The notes: generated by a model from the letters alone, not told the origin. A stretch of 63,580 nt of DNA, filler included, from a bacterium (GCA_040757115.1; 15 parts of 15 records of this genome joined end to end with filler, not necessarily neighbours in it); one strand, 5' to 3'. Shown: positions 22,207-32,599, counted from the first letter of the whole stretch. Numbers and translations are program-made.

Positions 22207-22540
22207 CTATTTTATTACTAATATCTTCTTAGTCCCAACTACACTTCCACCAATATGTAATTGATAGAAATAGACGCCGTTGGAGACGATGTCATTATCA
22301 TCATTTCTACCATCCCAGATAGCTTCGTAAGAGCCTGCTGAAATTCGACTTTCCTCAATTCTCCTGGTTAGCTCGCCGGCGATGTTGAATATCTTAATCT
22401 CTATCCTGGCACTATCTGTCAGGTCATACGGAATCTTTGTTACTTCCTGATTGGGATTGAATGGATTTGGGTAATTCTGGTAAAGTTTATTGGTAGTTGG
22501 TAGTGGAATAAGTGACTGTGCTAAAGTTTTGATGAACCAA
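22207..22540 (-). pseudogene. Headless T9SS-like/FlgD-Ig C-terminal domain, copy 2
   Basis: Manual translation ..LYQNYPNPFNPNQEVTKIPYDL..KIFNIAGEL..WDGRND..NGVYFYQL; no start codon. Confidence 0.7.
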
Positions 22541-22620
22541 AAAAAAATTTATTGACAGAAGGGGTAAAATAATATAAAATAATAAATGTTAAAAAATGGA
22601 ATATGAAGAGGTGATTAAAA

Positions 22621-23071
22621 ATGACTAAAGCGGAACTTAGGGATGTAGATAGAAGAATAGAGTGGCTTTTAAAGAGTCAGGAAGAGTTTAGAAAGAGTCA
22701 GGAAGAGGAATTTACAAAGAGCCAGGAAGAATTTAGAAAGGGCAATGAGGAGCTTAGAGAAGCTCAGAAAAAGACCGATGAGCAACTTAAAAAAACCGAT
22801 GAAGAATTAAGGGCTATGTTCAAAAAAACCGATAAGGAGATAGAGAAACTGATTAAATCTGTAGATGGTGTAACCAAAGGGATAGGAAGAATCCCCGAGG
22901 GATTAGCCTTTGCTTCTTTTAAGAGAATATTCAAAAGATTAGGAATGTCTATTGAATGGACCAATCCAAACCTGAGAAGAAGATGCAATGGAAAAGAGAT
23001 GGAAATAGACATATTGAGTTTGGTGAAGAAGGATAACCAGAATTTCATTATCTCTATTGAAGCAAAGGTAT
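22621..23071 (+). CDS. Coiled-coil PD-(D/E)XK-like protein, third copy (cut by contig end)
   Basis: Near-identical to 10969-11676. Confidence 0.8.
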
Positions 23072-23171
23072 NNNNNNNNNNNNNNNNNNNNNNNNNNNNN
23101 NNNNNNNNNNNNNNNTTAATTAATTAANNNNNNNNNNNNNNNNNNNNNNNNNNNNNNNNNNNNNNNNNNNN
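23072..23171. other. Artificial contig linker (first of 14)
   Basis: N44-TTAATTAATTAA-N44. Others start at 24515, 25921, 27320, 28712, 30101, 31490, 32875, 34257, 35637, 58781, 60055, 61242 and 62415. Confidence 0.97.
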
Positions 23172-24514
23172 TAATATACAAATAAGCAAAACAAAAAAAT
23201 GGGAGAAAGTCAAGAAAAAAGTTGAGAGAGCTCTTATTTGGAAGAGGGGTGAGACTGAAAGGCAAAGGAATGTCCCTTAAGAGGAGTGATGGTAAAAGTT
23301 TGGTGCAATTTTTAGAAATGCTCAATATTTACGGTATTAAAGCCGATTATCTGAACAAGTTTTTAGAAGCGATTAATAAAGAAGAGGTAGAATTTGAAAC
23401 AATTGAAATACCAGTTATACCGCAACATGAGGAAAAATGGAAAAGCCTTTATACACTTACAAAAGATGAGAAAAAGAGATTTGAAGAAAAGGAAATTCTA
23501 AGATTAGAACTTGATGATAAAATTTCTCCCACAATAGACCTTTTACTAAAGATATCAACATATCTGGCTAAAGAAAGAAAAGAAGAAGGCATCAAGATAG
23601 AGCAAATTAGAGCTGAAGTTAAAAAGGAAAAGATACCAGGAGACATAATAGATTTATTTGACTGGGATAAAATTTGGGAAGAGATTTGCGATTTTAGAAT
23701 TGCAAGAAGATATTAGAATTTAATTTTGGAAAGAGAGAGATTAAAAGATTTGCTTTTATCGGGTAGATATGAAATTCTGGCATTGCCTGAGATTCTAAAG
23801 GTAAAAACTCAGGATGATGTAATGCGGTTAGAGGATATAGCGATTCTTGTTATCAAGAAATACACAGATCTGTTTTATAGGAAATATGCAAAGCGTTTTG
23901 AGACAGGAAACTTGAATTATAATAATGTAGGTAAGCAAATGGTGCTTCCTTTTGTTTCAGAAAAAGGCGAGAAATATGTTTTACAAATAAAGAAAAAAGA
24001 TGAAAAAGGAAAACCTATAAACAGAGATTTAATTAACAAAATTAAGGAATTAAAAAGAAACCTTAATAAACTCCTGAAAGAAGAGTCAGAAGAATTGCCG
24101 AGAGTTTATTTGGACTCTCATCTTTATCTTCCTATACTTGTTCAAAGCACGAAGATAGATAAAATCTCTCCAGAAGAATTAGTAGAAAGTGAAGCAGATT
24201 TTGTTAAAGAATTAAAGGAGTATTTAAAAAGAAACAAAGAAAGGTTCAGAAATTATAAGATATATCTTTTACGCAATTTCCCCAAAATTGGAGTGGGGTT
24301 TCAGTTACAATGGTCAGGTTTCTATCCTGATTTTATTATGTGGATAACAAATGGCAAAAAGCAAATTATGGTCTTTGTCGACCCAAAGGGATTAGTGCAT
24401 ACAAAAGGATTGGACGATGAAAAAGTAGTCTTTGCAGGATTTAAGTCAAGCGATTCCGATGCAATCACCATTAAAGATATAGAGAAAAAACTCGGTAAAG
24501 AAAATGTAGTATTA
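23172..24514 (+). pseudogene. Type III restriction Res-like subunit, C-terminal fragment with an internal stop
   Basis: LFGRGVRL helicase motif and FYPDFIMW..FVDPKG nuclease motif in one frame, split by TAG at 23714-23716. Confidence 0.7.
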
Positions 24515-24614
24515 NNNNNNNNNNNNNNNNNNNNNNNNNNNNNNNNNNNNNNNNNNNNTTAATTAATTAANNNNNNNNNNNNNNNNNNNNNNNNNNNNNN
24601 NNNNNNNNNNNNNN

Positions 24615-24735
24615 TCCACAATCAATTTCTACCTATTTCTATAAATTTCAATCTATTTCTATTATCTTATCTCCATATCACTCTTATCTCCTTATCCCCT
24701 TTCTTACACTTTTGATATATAGCCTGAACGGTTAC
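24615..24735. repeat. High-copy ~120-bp element arm ending CTGAACGGTTAC
   Basis: Copies also at 27198-27319, 27420-27539, 29974-30100, 35737-35863 and 60155-60274, all at contig ends. Confidence 0.9.
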
Positions 24736-24891
24736 GGAATTTTGAATTTTGGTCATTGGAACTTATTTGTATTTTGGAATTTGTGATTTGGAATTTTGTA
24801 ATTTAGTCCGCTCTCCAGCATGACCATATTTGTCCAGTAAAACTTGTGGGACAGAATAAGGCAAAATATAGGATGTGTCCTTAGGTTTTCC

Positions 24892-25566
24892 TTATTGTCT
24901 AACAGTAATATCTTCCCGCAATATTCTTCTTTGTCCACCATCCCTATCTACAAACCAATTTTTTGGTGGAAGTATTTCTTCAATCTGGTCGAGTTGATTA
25001 AGTTTTGTTAGCCGTTCATAGATGAGTTGCCAACCACAATCCATTTCTTTATTGACTTCACATTTACCATTCTGGCTACCGCCGCAGGGACCATTAAGTA
25101 ATCCTTTTGAACATCGGGCAATTGGACAGATACCTCCAAACTTACCTAATTCACAACTACCACAGCCACGGCAGGTTTCCAGCCATAATCCATGTTCTAT
25201 GGGCATACCCATAAATGTAGTGTTCAAGGCTGGATAAACAGGTTTATCCCCAAATTGTTCAGATAGTGCTTGCACTCCCACACCGCAAGCAGAAGAAAGC
25301 ACGGCGTCAGATTGTTCCACTTTTCCTTTTAACTCATCAACAAATTCCCACTCACATTGCCGCTGAATACAAACCTCACTAATATCAGGTTCTTTTCCAT
25401 CCAATTTAAGTGCCATTCGCAGGCAGGTGGCAATAATACCAACCTCTTTTTCACCACCAGCCATACAAACCGTAACACAGGTTCCACAACCAACTACCAA
25501 TATCTTCTGGTAGTTTGCTATCATTGCCTTTATTTCCTGGATTGGTTTTTGTTCTGCAATAATCAT
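24892..25566 (-). CDS. metV: Methylene-THF reductase small (Zn/FeS) subunit, MetV-type
   Basis: GCGTCVTVC.AGGEKEV; C.GCG.C.L...GGICPIARCSKGLLNGPCGG. Confidence 0.85.
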   Translation of the reverse strand: MIIAEQKPIQEIKAMIANYQKILVVGCGTCVTVCMAGGEKEVGIIATCLRMALKLDGKEPDISEVCIQRQCEWEFVDELKGKVEQSDAVLSSACGVGVQALSEQFGDKPVYPALNTTFMGMPIEHGLWLETCRGCGSCELGKFGGICPIARCSKGLLNGPCGGSQNGKCEVNKEMDCGWQLIYERLTKLNQLDQIEEILPPKNWFVDRDGGQRRILREDITVRQ

Positions 25567-26038
25567 TTATTTTTTCTCCTTATTTCTGTGATATATCTCC
25601 GTGAACTCGGTGTCTCTGTGGTGATAAAAATCACAAAATTATAAATATATCATATTGTAATAAATTTATGTAATTTTGTCAACAAAAAATTCTTGAAATT
25701 TTTAAACTTTAAAAAAATTTTTTCTTGACTTTTCAGTATAGATTATGATAAACTTCTTTTAATTAATAGAGGGTAGTCAAATTCTCTATCTACTATAGCA
25801 GTTATTAGTCAAAATTTTACTCAGAGTGGATAAGGAAAAAATCCCAAATCCCAAGCACCAAATCTCAAATAAGCACCAAATTCCACATACCAAAAAGCGA
25901 ATTAGAGATTAGTGAATTAGNNNNNNNNNNNNNNNNNNNNNNNNNNNNNNNNNNNNNNNNNNNNTTAATTAATTAANNNNNNNNNNNNNNNNNNNNNNNN
26001 NNNNNNNNNNNNNNNNNNNNAGTTACAATAGTTTTTTA

Positions 26039-26067
26039 TTGACAATCTGGCAAGGATAAAGTATAAT
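26039..26067 (+). promoter_or_regulatory. Consensus sigma70 promoter
   Basis: TTGACA-17 bp-TATAAT upstream of cheW. Confidence 0.7.
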
Positions 26068-26076
26068 AATAAAACA

Positions 26077-26535
26077 ATGCTTAAAGTAGATAAAAAAACA
26101 GATAAATCTGAAGAAGAAATAAACACTATCCAAATAGTGAGTTTTTTAATAGATAATGCTCTGTATGGAATGGATATTAGTAATGTTCGAGAAATTATAA
26201 AGGTTGGTAAAATTACTTATGTGCCGGGCAGCGCTGAATACATCACAGGCGTTATGAATCTCCGCGGAATGGTCATCGCTGTTGTTGATACGGGTAATTT
26301 ACTTGGATTCTCTAAAATTGTCTTTTCTGACCAGACACGAATTATCATTACAGAAATACAAAATCAAACTCTAGTTGGATTTCTGGTGGATGAAATTATT
26401 AATATTGTCAATGTGTCACCAGATAAAATTGAACCTCCACCTGCTACTCTCGAAAAAACCAGGGCTAAATATATCAAAGGTGAAGTTCAAATGGACGGTG
26501 AATTAATGGCAATATTAGATCTGGCAGAGATATAA
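26077..26535 (+). CDS. cheW: Chemotaxis adaptor CheW
   Basis: YGMDI..VREII, VPG..EYITGVMNLRG, VGFLVD, IEPPP. Confidence 0.9.
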   Translation: MLKVDKKTDKSEEEINTIQIVSFLIDNALYGMDISNVREIIKVGKITYVPGSAEYITGVMNLRGMVIAVVDTGNLLGFSKIVFSDQTRIIITEIQNQTLVGFLVDEIINIVNVSPDKIEPPPATLEKTRAKYIKGEVQMDGELMAILDLAEI

Positions 26536-26538
26536 ATC

Positions 26539-26792
26539 GTAACCGTTCAGGTGGTAATTCACCGCACAGACGCAGAGGAACAGAGAAGACATGGAAATAA
26601 ATCAGATAACAGAAAAGATTATTGAGGTAATCTTTGTAATACATAGGACATCAAAACCAAATTTGTTAATCAATCATGATATGTCGGTCCTCAAAAGCTT
26701 GCACTGATGAAAATCCGTGATGGAATTCTGCGTCTGGTAAATAGTTTTTAATTTTTTCTCTGCGTCTCTGTGTCTCTGCGGTGAACGGTTAC
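26539..26792. mobile_element. MITE with 8-bp target duplication carrying an internally deleted GxxExxY remnant
   Basis: TIR GTAACCGTTCA; TATAAATC on both flanks; MEINQITEKII at 26591 and LLIN..DGILRLVNSF* ending at 26751. Confidence 0.85.
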
Positions 26793-26811
26793 TATAAATC
26801 CAGGTGATTTT

Positions 26812-27201
26812 ATGGAAATCGAATTAGCCCTTTTTAGATTACAAAATCAACAATTTGGTATTGAAGTTAAATCCATAAATAGAATTCTTACCTCATCTTT
26901 AAATAAGAAAACCCAAAAGATTCATTTTGAAGATGTTGAAATTCCAACAATAGATTTAACCCGTGAATTTAATCTAAATAATCACAAAAAAAGGCAAAAA
27001 AAAGAAATTATCCTTGTTGAATTCGATGGGATTAAAAAAGGATTATTAGTTGATGAAGTCTTAAGGATTTTAAAAGTAAATTTAGATAAGGTTAAGGTCA
27101 TCCCTTCCTTGATAAAAACTACTGCCCCAAAAGACCATTTCTGGGCAGTAGCACAAGTTGAAGAGGAGCTTATTTTATTATTAGATATCCGTAAATTGTA
27201 A
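26812..27201 (+). CDS. CheW-like protein
   Basis: FGIEV..I..IL, GLLVDEV, LILLLD; its stop codon lies in the adjacent element end. Confidence 0.75.
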   Translation: MEIELALFRLQNQQFGIEVKSINRILTSSLNKKTQKIHFEDVEIPTIDLTREFNLNNHKKRQKKEIILVEFDGIKKGLLVDEVLRILKVNLDKVKVIPSLIKTTAPKDHFWAVAQVEEELILLLDIRKL

Positions 27202-27649
27202 CCGTTCAGGCTATATATCAAAAGTGTAAGAAAGGGGATAAGGAGATAAGAGTGATATGGAGATAAGATAATAGAAATAGATTGAAATTTATAGAAATAG
27301 GTAGAAATTGATTGTGGAANNNNNNNNNNNNNNNNNNNNNNNNNNNNNNNNNNNNNNNNNNNNTTAATTAATTAANNNNNNNNNNNNNNNNNNNNNNNNN
27401 NNNNNNNNNNNNNNNNNNNCCACAATCAATTTCTACCTATTTCTATAAATTTCAATCTATTTCTATTATCTTATCTCCATATCACTCTTATCTCCTTATC
27501 CCCTTTCTTACACTTTTGATATATAGCCTGAACGGTTACAAAAAAGGTTTGGGAGAATTACTTCAATGCTGGAGGGTAAAAGAATAATAACAAATCTTCA
27601 AAAGGAAATATTGTCTCTATTTTCTCAAATTCCTGACTATGAAAATTTT

Positions 27650-28045
27650 CGACCTGTGCAGTTAAGATAAACCACGAAGGGCACGAAGACCACGAAGAAA
27701 AAATATGGTAACTATTCAGTAATTATTCAGCCACAGATTAACACGGATAAATAGCAGATAGTAGAGGACAAGAGGTAGGATGCAAGGGGCGAGAGAGCAG
27801 AGGGTAGAGATAGATGTCCCCCGCTGGCGGGGGATTAAGGGGGTGGAAGTTAGAAGGAGAAAAGCCCTTCAGCCTTCAGCCTGATTACAGACACGGATAC
27901 CGGAGATGCCTCACGGATTTTTCCGTGTTTCATCCGTGTCCATCTGTGGCTGAATAGTTACGATTTGGTTTATAATTCTTCGTGCCCTTCGTGTTCTTCG
28001 TGGTTTTAAAAGATGTGAGGAAGGTTAATCTAACCGCACAGGTGG
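27650..28045. mobile_element. CGACCTGTGC-ended element containing a nested GTAACTATTCAG element (27708-27961)
   Basis: Two nested inverted-end pairs; flanks AAAATTTT/AAAAATTT. Confidence 0.7.
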
Positions 28046-28305
28046 AAAAATTTATTCTCTCAAAAATCTTTGACTCTTTTGTGAGACTCTGTGTGATCTT
28101 TGTGGTAAAAAAATTGTAGTTATTGTCAGACACTACCGAAAATTACAAGACATTAAATTCCATTTCGTGTCCTTCGTGCTCTTCGTGGTGAATAGTTACT
28201 TTTTTCCCTTATTTCCCTCTGCGTTCTTTGCGTGCTTGGCGTGAAACTTCCTTTCTCCTGAAAATCGGGGCTCGGGACTCGGGAAGGCTGGTAACCACAG
28301 GCTTT

Positions 28306-28487
28306 TAGCGGTTATTAACTGGAAGTTTACATAGGATAATACCCATAAATAAGGCATAAAAATAATCGTTCCGTTAGGAACATAATATCGGTAGGAATAG
28401 ATAGACAAATCAATCAGTTCCGTAGGAACGATATATTGGTAGAAAATTTATGGAAAGCCATTTACCGATATATTGTCCCTATGGGAC
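28306..28487. repeat. REP-like cluster (GTTCCGT(T)AGGAAC, GTCCCTATGGGAC)
   Basis: Near-identical to 39277-39457. Confidence 0.75.
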
Positions 28488-28569
28488 TGTTTAAGAATAT
28501 AGATAGTTAAAAGAAATTTAGGTAAAAGTTTTTGACATTACCTTCAGTTTTTAGAGGAGGTTATAAAAT

Positions 28570-28711
28570 ATGAGTGGACATAAATACTCATCTATTACTT
28601 ATGACCCAAGGGTAAATCTTCTTTTTGGCATTAGGAATCAGCAGAATAAGGCTGTAAAGAAGATAAACTTACTTAAGAGTCAAATTGAAGGATTACTCCA
28701 ACACATTGAAG
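28570..28711 (+). CDS. Hypothetical protein (partial)
   Basis: GAGGAGG RBS and ATG; runs into the gap. Confidence 0.5.
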
Positions 28712-28811
28712 NNNNNNNNNNNNNNNNNNNNNNNNNNNNNNNNNNNNNNNNNNNNTTAATTAATTAANNNNNNNNNNNNNNNNNNNNNNNNNNNNNNNNN
28801 NNNNNNNNNNN

Positions 28812-28935
28812 TTTGGCTTCAGTTATTACCTTGCACCAAAACAATGAACAAGATAATTGGATTAAGAAGAGGCAGATACTCTTTGAGCTAAAAAAGGCTG
28901 CATAAATAAAAAGGATAGACCTATTTCACAGGTCG
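28812..28935 (+). mobile_element. Possible transposase C-terminus followed by the CCTATTTCACAGGTCG element end
   Basis: Frame LASVITLHQNNEQDNWIKKRQILFELKKAA* ends about 15 bp before the same terminal repeat seen at 8502 and 32584. Confidence 0.4.
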
Positions 28936-29281
28936 AAATTTTGCATGTAAAAACTGGTAACCGTTCTCACCGCAGAGACACAGAGACGCAGAGAAAGAAT
29001 TAAAATCTATTCACCAGAGACAGAAATTTTCTTTTTTTTTGTGCATTTCGGGTCTTTCGTTGTTTATTAATCTTTTAATACTTAGTTTTGACTAACTGTT
29101 TTTAAGCCTTTTTTAACACCGAAAAACGCGAAAAAAAAGATATTTTCCTCTCTGCGAACTCTTGCGTCTCTGCGGTAAAGGATTACCTCTTATGAACCAC
29201 ATCCTATTAATAAAAAAAATTTATCCCCATATAAATTTTTAACATTTGACCTCTAAAAATATTTATGCTAATATTATTAGT

Positions 29282-29731
29282 CTATAGTTTCGTGATTTTT
29301 AGAAGATTGAAATCCCCTGAAAACACAAGGAAGAGGAATTATTGCAAGGTTATGGCTAAACCATGAGTTGCAAAAAATAGTGAGTGAATTACAAAATTCC
29401 AAATCACAAATTCCAAATTACAAATAAATTCCAATAACCAAAAATCAAAATTCCAAACAAAAGAAGGAGAAGTGCTTTTCAATGAGGCAATAGAATTAAA
29501 GAAGAGTTATATTCCCCTCTTGAGAGGGGTTAGAGGTGTGTCCTTCAATTATTGAAAAACCTAAATCTGACATTATTGAGCAAAATATTCAACTCCCTTT
29601 AACAAAATTGATAAAGCAATAGGTTTTGGAATTTGGTGCTTGGAATTTATTTGGAATTTGGAATTTGTGATTTGGAATTTATATTGCAAGGTTATGGTTA
29701 AACCATGATGAATAAATTCACGAAACTCCAG
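29282..29731. mobile_element. Miniature element with inverted AAATTCC/GGAATTT arrays
   Basis: Ends CTATAGTTTCGTGA / TCACGAAACTCCAG; TTAGT on both flanks; internal direct repeat TATTGCAAGGTTATGG.TAAACCATGA. Confidence 0.6.
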
Positions 29732-29775
29732 TTAGTCTAACTATGGATAAAAGTCCAAGATTTTTGGAATGAGAA

Positions 29776-29967
29776 ATGGAGATAAAGGAAACAAATATTT
29801 TGCTTACACCAGAAGAAATTATAGAATTAATTGGTATTTGTGAAGATGGTGATAAGGATAAGGCGATAGTTTTTTTAAAGAATCTGCAGAAAAAAGTAGC
29901 AAAGATTCAGAGTGGTTTTCGGTCTTCGTATCAGCGCGGTGGACATATCGGAGTGGCAAAATATTAA
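29776..29967 (+). CDS. Small hypothetical protein
   Basis: 63-aa ORF with plausible composition. Confidence 0.55.
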   Translation: MEIKETNILLTPEEIIELIGICEDGDKDKAIVFLKNLQKKVAKIQSGFRSSYQRGGHIGVAKY

Positions 29968-30368
29968 TTGTGAGTAACTGTTCAGGCTATATATCAAAAG
30001 TGTAAGAAAGGGGATAAGGAGATAAGAGTGATATGGAGATAAGATAATAGAAATAGATTGAAATTTATAGAAATAGGTAGAAATTGATTGTGGAAAACAA
30101 NNNNNNNNNNNNNNNNNNNNNNNNNNNNNNNNNNNNNNNNNNNNTTAATTAATTAANNNNNNNNNNNNNNNNNNNNNNNNNNNNNNNNNNNNNNNNNNNN
30201 GGGAAACCATCCTCAAAACTTCACTCCCTAAATTTTTCCTAAGCCTTACCTACAGAAGTATAAGCAGGTCTCCCAAGCCTTCATTCTTCTGCAATTTCTG
30301 CCCGCTTTAGTCTGAGGTCTGATGTCTATAGTCTACTGTCTGAATTACAGAAGTTTCAAAGAAAATTA

Positions 30369-31489
30369 TTGACAGAATTAACCAAATATGATAAATTAAA
30401 AGAGATTAAAATGAATCTAATTAGAACCAGAGAAGAAAATTATATAAATCTTAATCCTTTACAAACTGGCGGTAGAACGAATGCGGCGGTAAGAGTGACT
30501 GCATCGGCTTATGTTGATGGGTATTCAGTTTGTGATTATTGTAAAGGGGTACTTCATCTAATTGAATCCCCACCTATCTGTGATTTAACCCGAACATTAG
30601 CCGAATTTCTGGGAATGGATGAGGCGCGAACAACACTTGGTGCTCGTGAGGGGAAATTTGCGGTGATGCATACCTTACTTTCACCTGGAGATTCAATCGT
30701 CATTGATTCTAATAAACATTATACTACCTATGTGGCGGCTGAAAAATCCTGTGCAAAAATATATGAAGTGCCCAATACCGGCTACCCCAAATATGAAATA
30801 ATTCCAGAATCTTACAAAGAAACTTTTGAACTGGTGATAAAAGAAACTGGTCTTGTTCCAAAACTTGCCCTTCTGACGCATGTCGATGGCGAATACGGCA
30901 ATCTGGTAGATGCCTATGAGGTAGGTAAGATATGTCAAGAATATGGTGTGCCGTTTCTTCTTAATACCGCATATACCGCAGGTCGAATGGAGGTTAATGG
31001 AAAAGAATTATTGGCTGACTTTATTGTTGCTTCGGCTCATAAAGGATTTGGTGTTCCGGGAACGATTGGCGTTCTGGCAACAACTGAAAAATGGGCTGAC
31101 AAATTATTCAGGAAATCTACTCGCTATCCTAAAAAGGAAATTGAACTTTTGGGGTGCACCGCCCGTTCACAAGCTATTGCCTCTCTTATCACTGCATTTC
31201 CGTATGTCAAAGAAAGAGTGAAACACTGGGATGAGGAGGTAGAGAAAAGTCGCTGGCTTGTAACACAAATGGAAGCACTGGGAGAGATTGAACAACTGGG
31301 AATAAAACCAACAAGGCATGATTTGATTCGCCTCAAAACCCCTCTATTTGATAAAATTGCTCAAAAACATCGCAAAAAGGGTTATTTCCTCTATTCTAAA
31401 CTCGAAAAACGGGGAATAATTGGAATAAAACCAGGTCAAACTCAATGGTTTAAACTCTCTACCTATGGCTTGACATGGGAACAAGTCAA
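30369..31489 (+). CDS. pscS: O-phosphoseryl-tRNA:Cys-tRNA synthase (SepCysS), 3' truncated
   Basis: INLNPLQTGG, DGYSVCDYC, GAREGKFAVMH, HVDGEYGN, PLP-lysine SAHK, ELLGCTAR, GIKPGQT..FKLSTYGL. Confidence 0.92.
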
Positions 31490-31589
31490 NNNNNNNNNNN
31501 NNNNNNNNNNNNNNNNNNNNNNNNNNNNNNNNNTTAATTAATTAANNNNNNNNNNNNNNNNNNNNNNNNNNNNNNNNNNNNNNNNNNNN

Positions 31590-31660
31590 ATAGTTTTGAG
31601 AATTTCTCCTGATAAATCAAATGAATTTGGTTTTGGACCACGTGGATATCTTTTTTGCAT
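31590..31660 (-). CDS. Hypothetical protein N-terminus (partial)
   Basis: GGAGG RBS then MQKRYPRGPKPNSF.. running into the gap. Confidence 0.45.
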
Positions 31661-32069
31661 AATTCTTTCCTCCTTAAAATTTCTATGCCCACGTGGAATT
31701 ATCGTCATTTTATCAGCAAAACTTTAGAAAAAACTGTGAAAAAATTTACTTAACACAGTACTAGACTGGACACCAAATGAACAAAAGTTGCTATTGTTGG
31801 TTTAAAGCAAGATATTTCATGATGGGACTCCTTTTATTTTAGATTTTGTTATATCAGTATAACATACCTGTCAATCTATTAAAGGATGCCCGTCTTTACA
31901 TATTATCAATTTCCTAGCAGTTAAAAATGTTATTTCCTTAGTGGATGAGTGCGGAGTGTGGATTGGTATATTAATCATGCAGAATTATCCTATTTTCTGT
32001 ATATCATGTAAAAAGTAATGATAACCAGTTAGAATTATACAGAATTTATTTGTTTTTGTCAAATTTTTT

Positions 32070-32599
32070 CGACCTGGGAAAACAAAATTATACTCCACTG
32101 CTTGGTGTAAGAAAAGGAGATAGGGAGATTAAGGAGATAAGGGGATATTATTCTAATTCCACTCTTCTAAAATCTACCTTTTCTTTAGCAAAGTTTACAA
32201 GAATAGCCATCTTTACACCTGTAGCTTTTAAATATGAGCGAACCTGAGCATAATGAGCTTTGCTTAATTCCTCCACCGTTTTTAATTCTACTATTACCTT
32301 GCTTTCTACAAGAATATCCAATCTGTGTTTCCCAATTTCTTCTCCTTCGTAGTAGATTAGTATTTCTTTCTCTGTCTCAACTCTCAATCCCTGTTTTGTA
32401 AGTTCAATTACCATTGCCCTGCGGTAAATACTTTCCAGAAAACCTGGATCCAGTGTCTGGTGTACCTTAATAATACATTGAATTATTATCTCAGTAAGTA
32501 AATTTTCTTGATATTCTTTTGATATCTCCATATCTCCTTTATCCCCTTATCCCCCTTCTTATACTAACCACGATCAAAATATTCCTATTTCACAGGTCG
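32070..32599. mobile_element. Non-autonomous element carrying an intact GxxExxY gene
   Basis: Ends CGACCTGGGAAA / TTTCACAGGTCG; AATTTTTT on both flanks (32062-32069, 32600-32607); inverted GGAGATAAG arrays on both sides of the gene. Confidence 0.75.
32148..32531 (-). CDS. GxxExxY protein (PD-(D/E)XK-like)
   Basis: VH..L.PGFLESIY, RLDILVE.KVIVELK, AQVRSYLKAT..LVNF. Confidence 0.92.
   Translation of the reverse strand: MEISKEYQENLLTEIIIQCIIKVHQTLDPGFLESIYRRAMVIELTKQGLRVETEKEILIYYEGEEIGKHRLDILVESKVIVELKTVEELSKAHYAQVRSYLKATGVKMAILVNFAKEKVDFRRVELE

Larger units (their letters stand above)
1..23071. repeat. Tandem ~11.6-kb segmental repeat (unit 1 = 1-11641; unit 2 = 11642 to the contig end)
   Basis: The same five-gene order repeats. 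ATTTTAACCCAAAGG occurs at 1 and 11642; paralogous ATGs are at 10969 and 22621. Confidence 0.95.

Noticed and set aside
23714-23716. In-frame TAG in the Res fragment as possible amber recoding
   Set aside because: TAG is used as a normal stop elsewhere (e.g. 11674-11676); a nonsense mutation or sequencing error is simpler.
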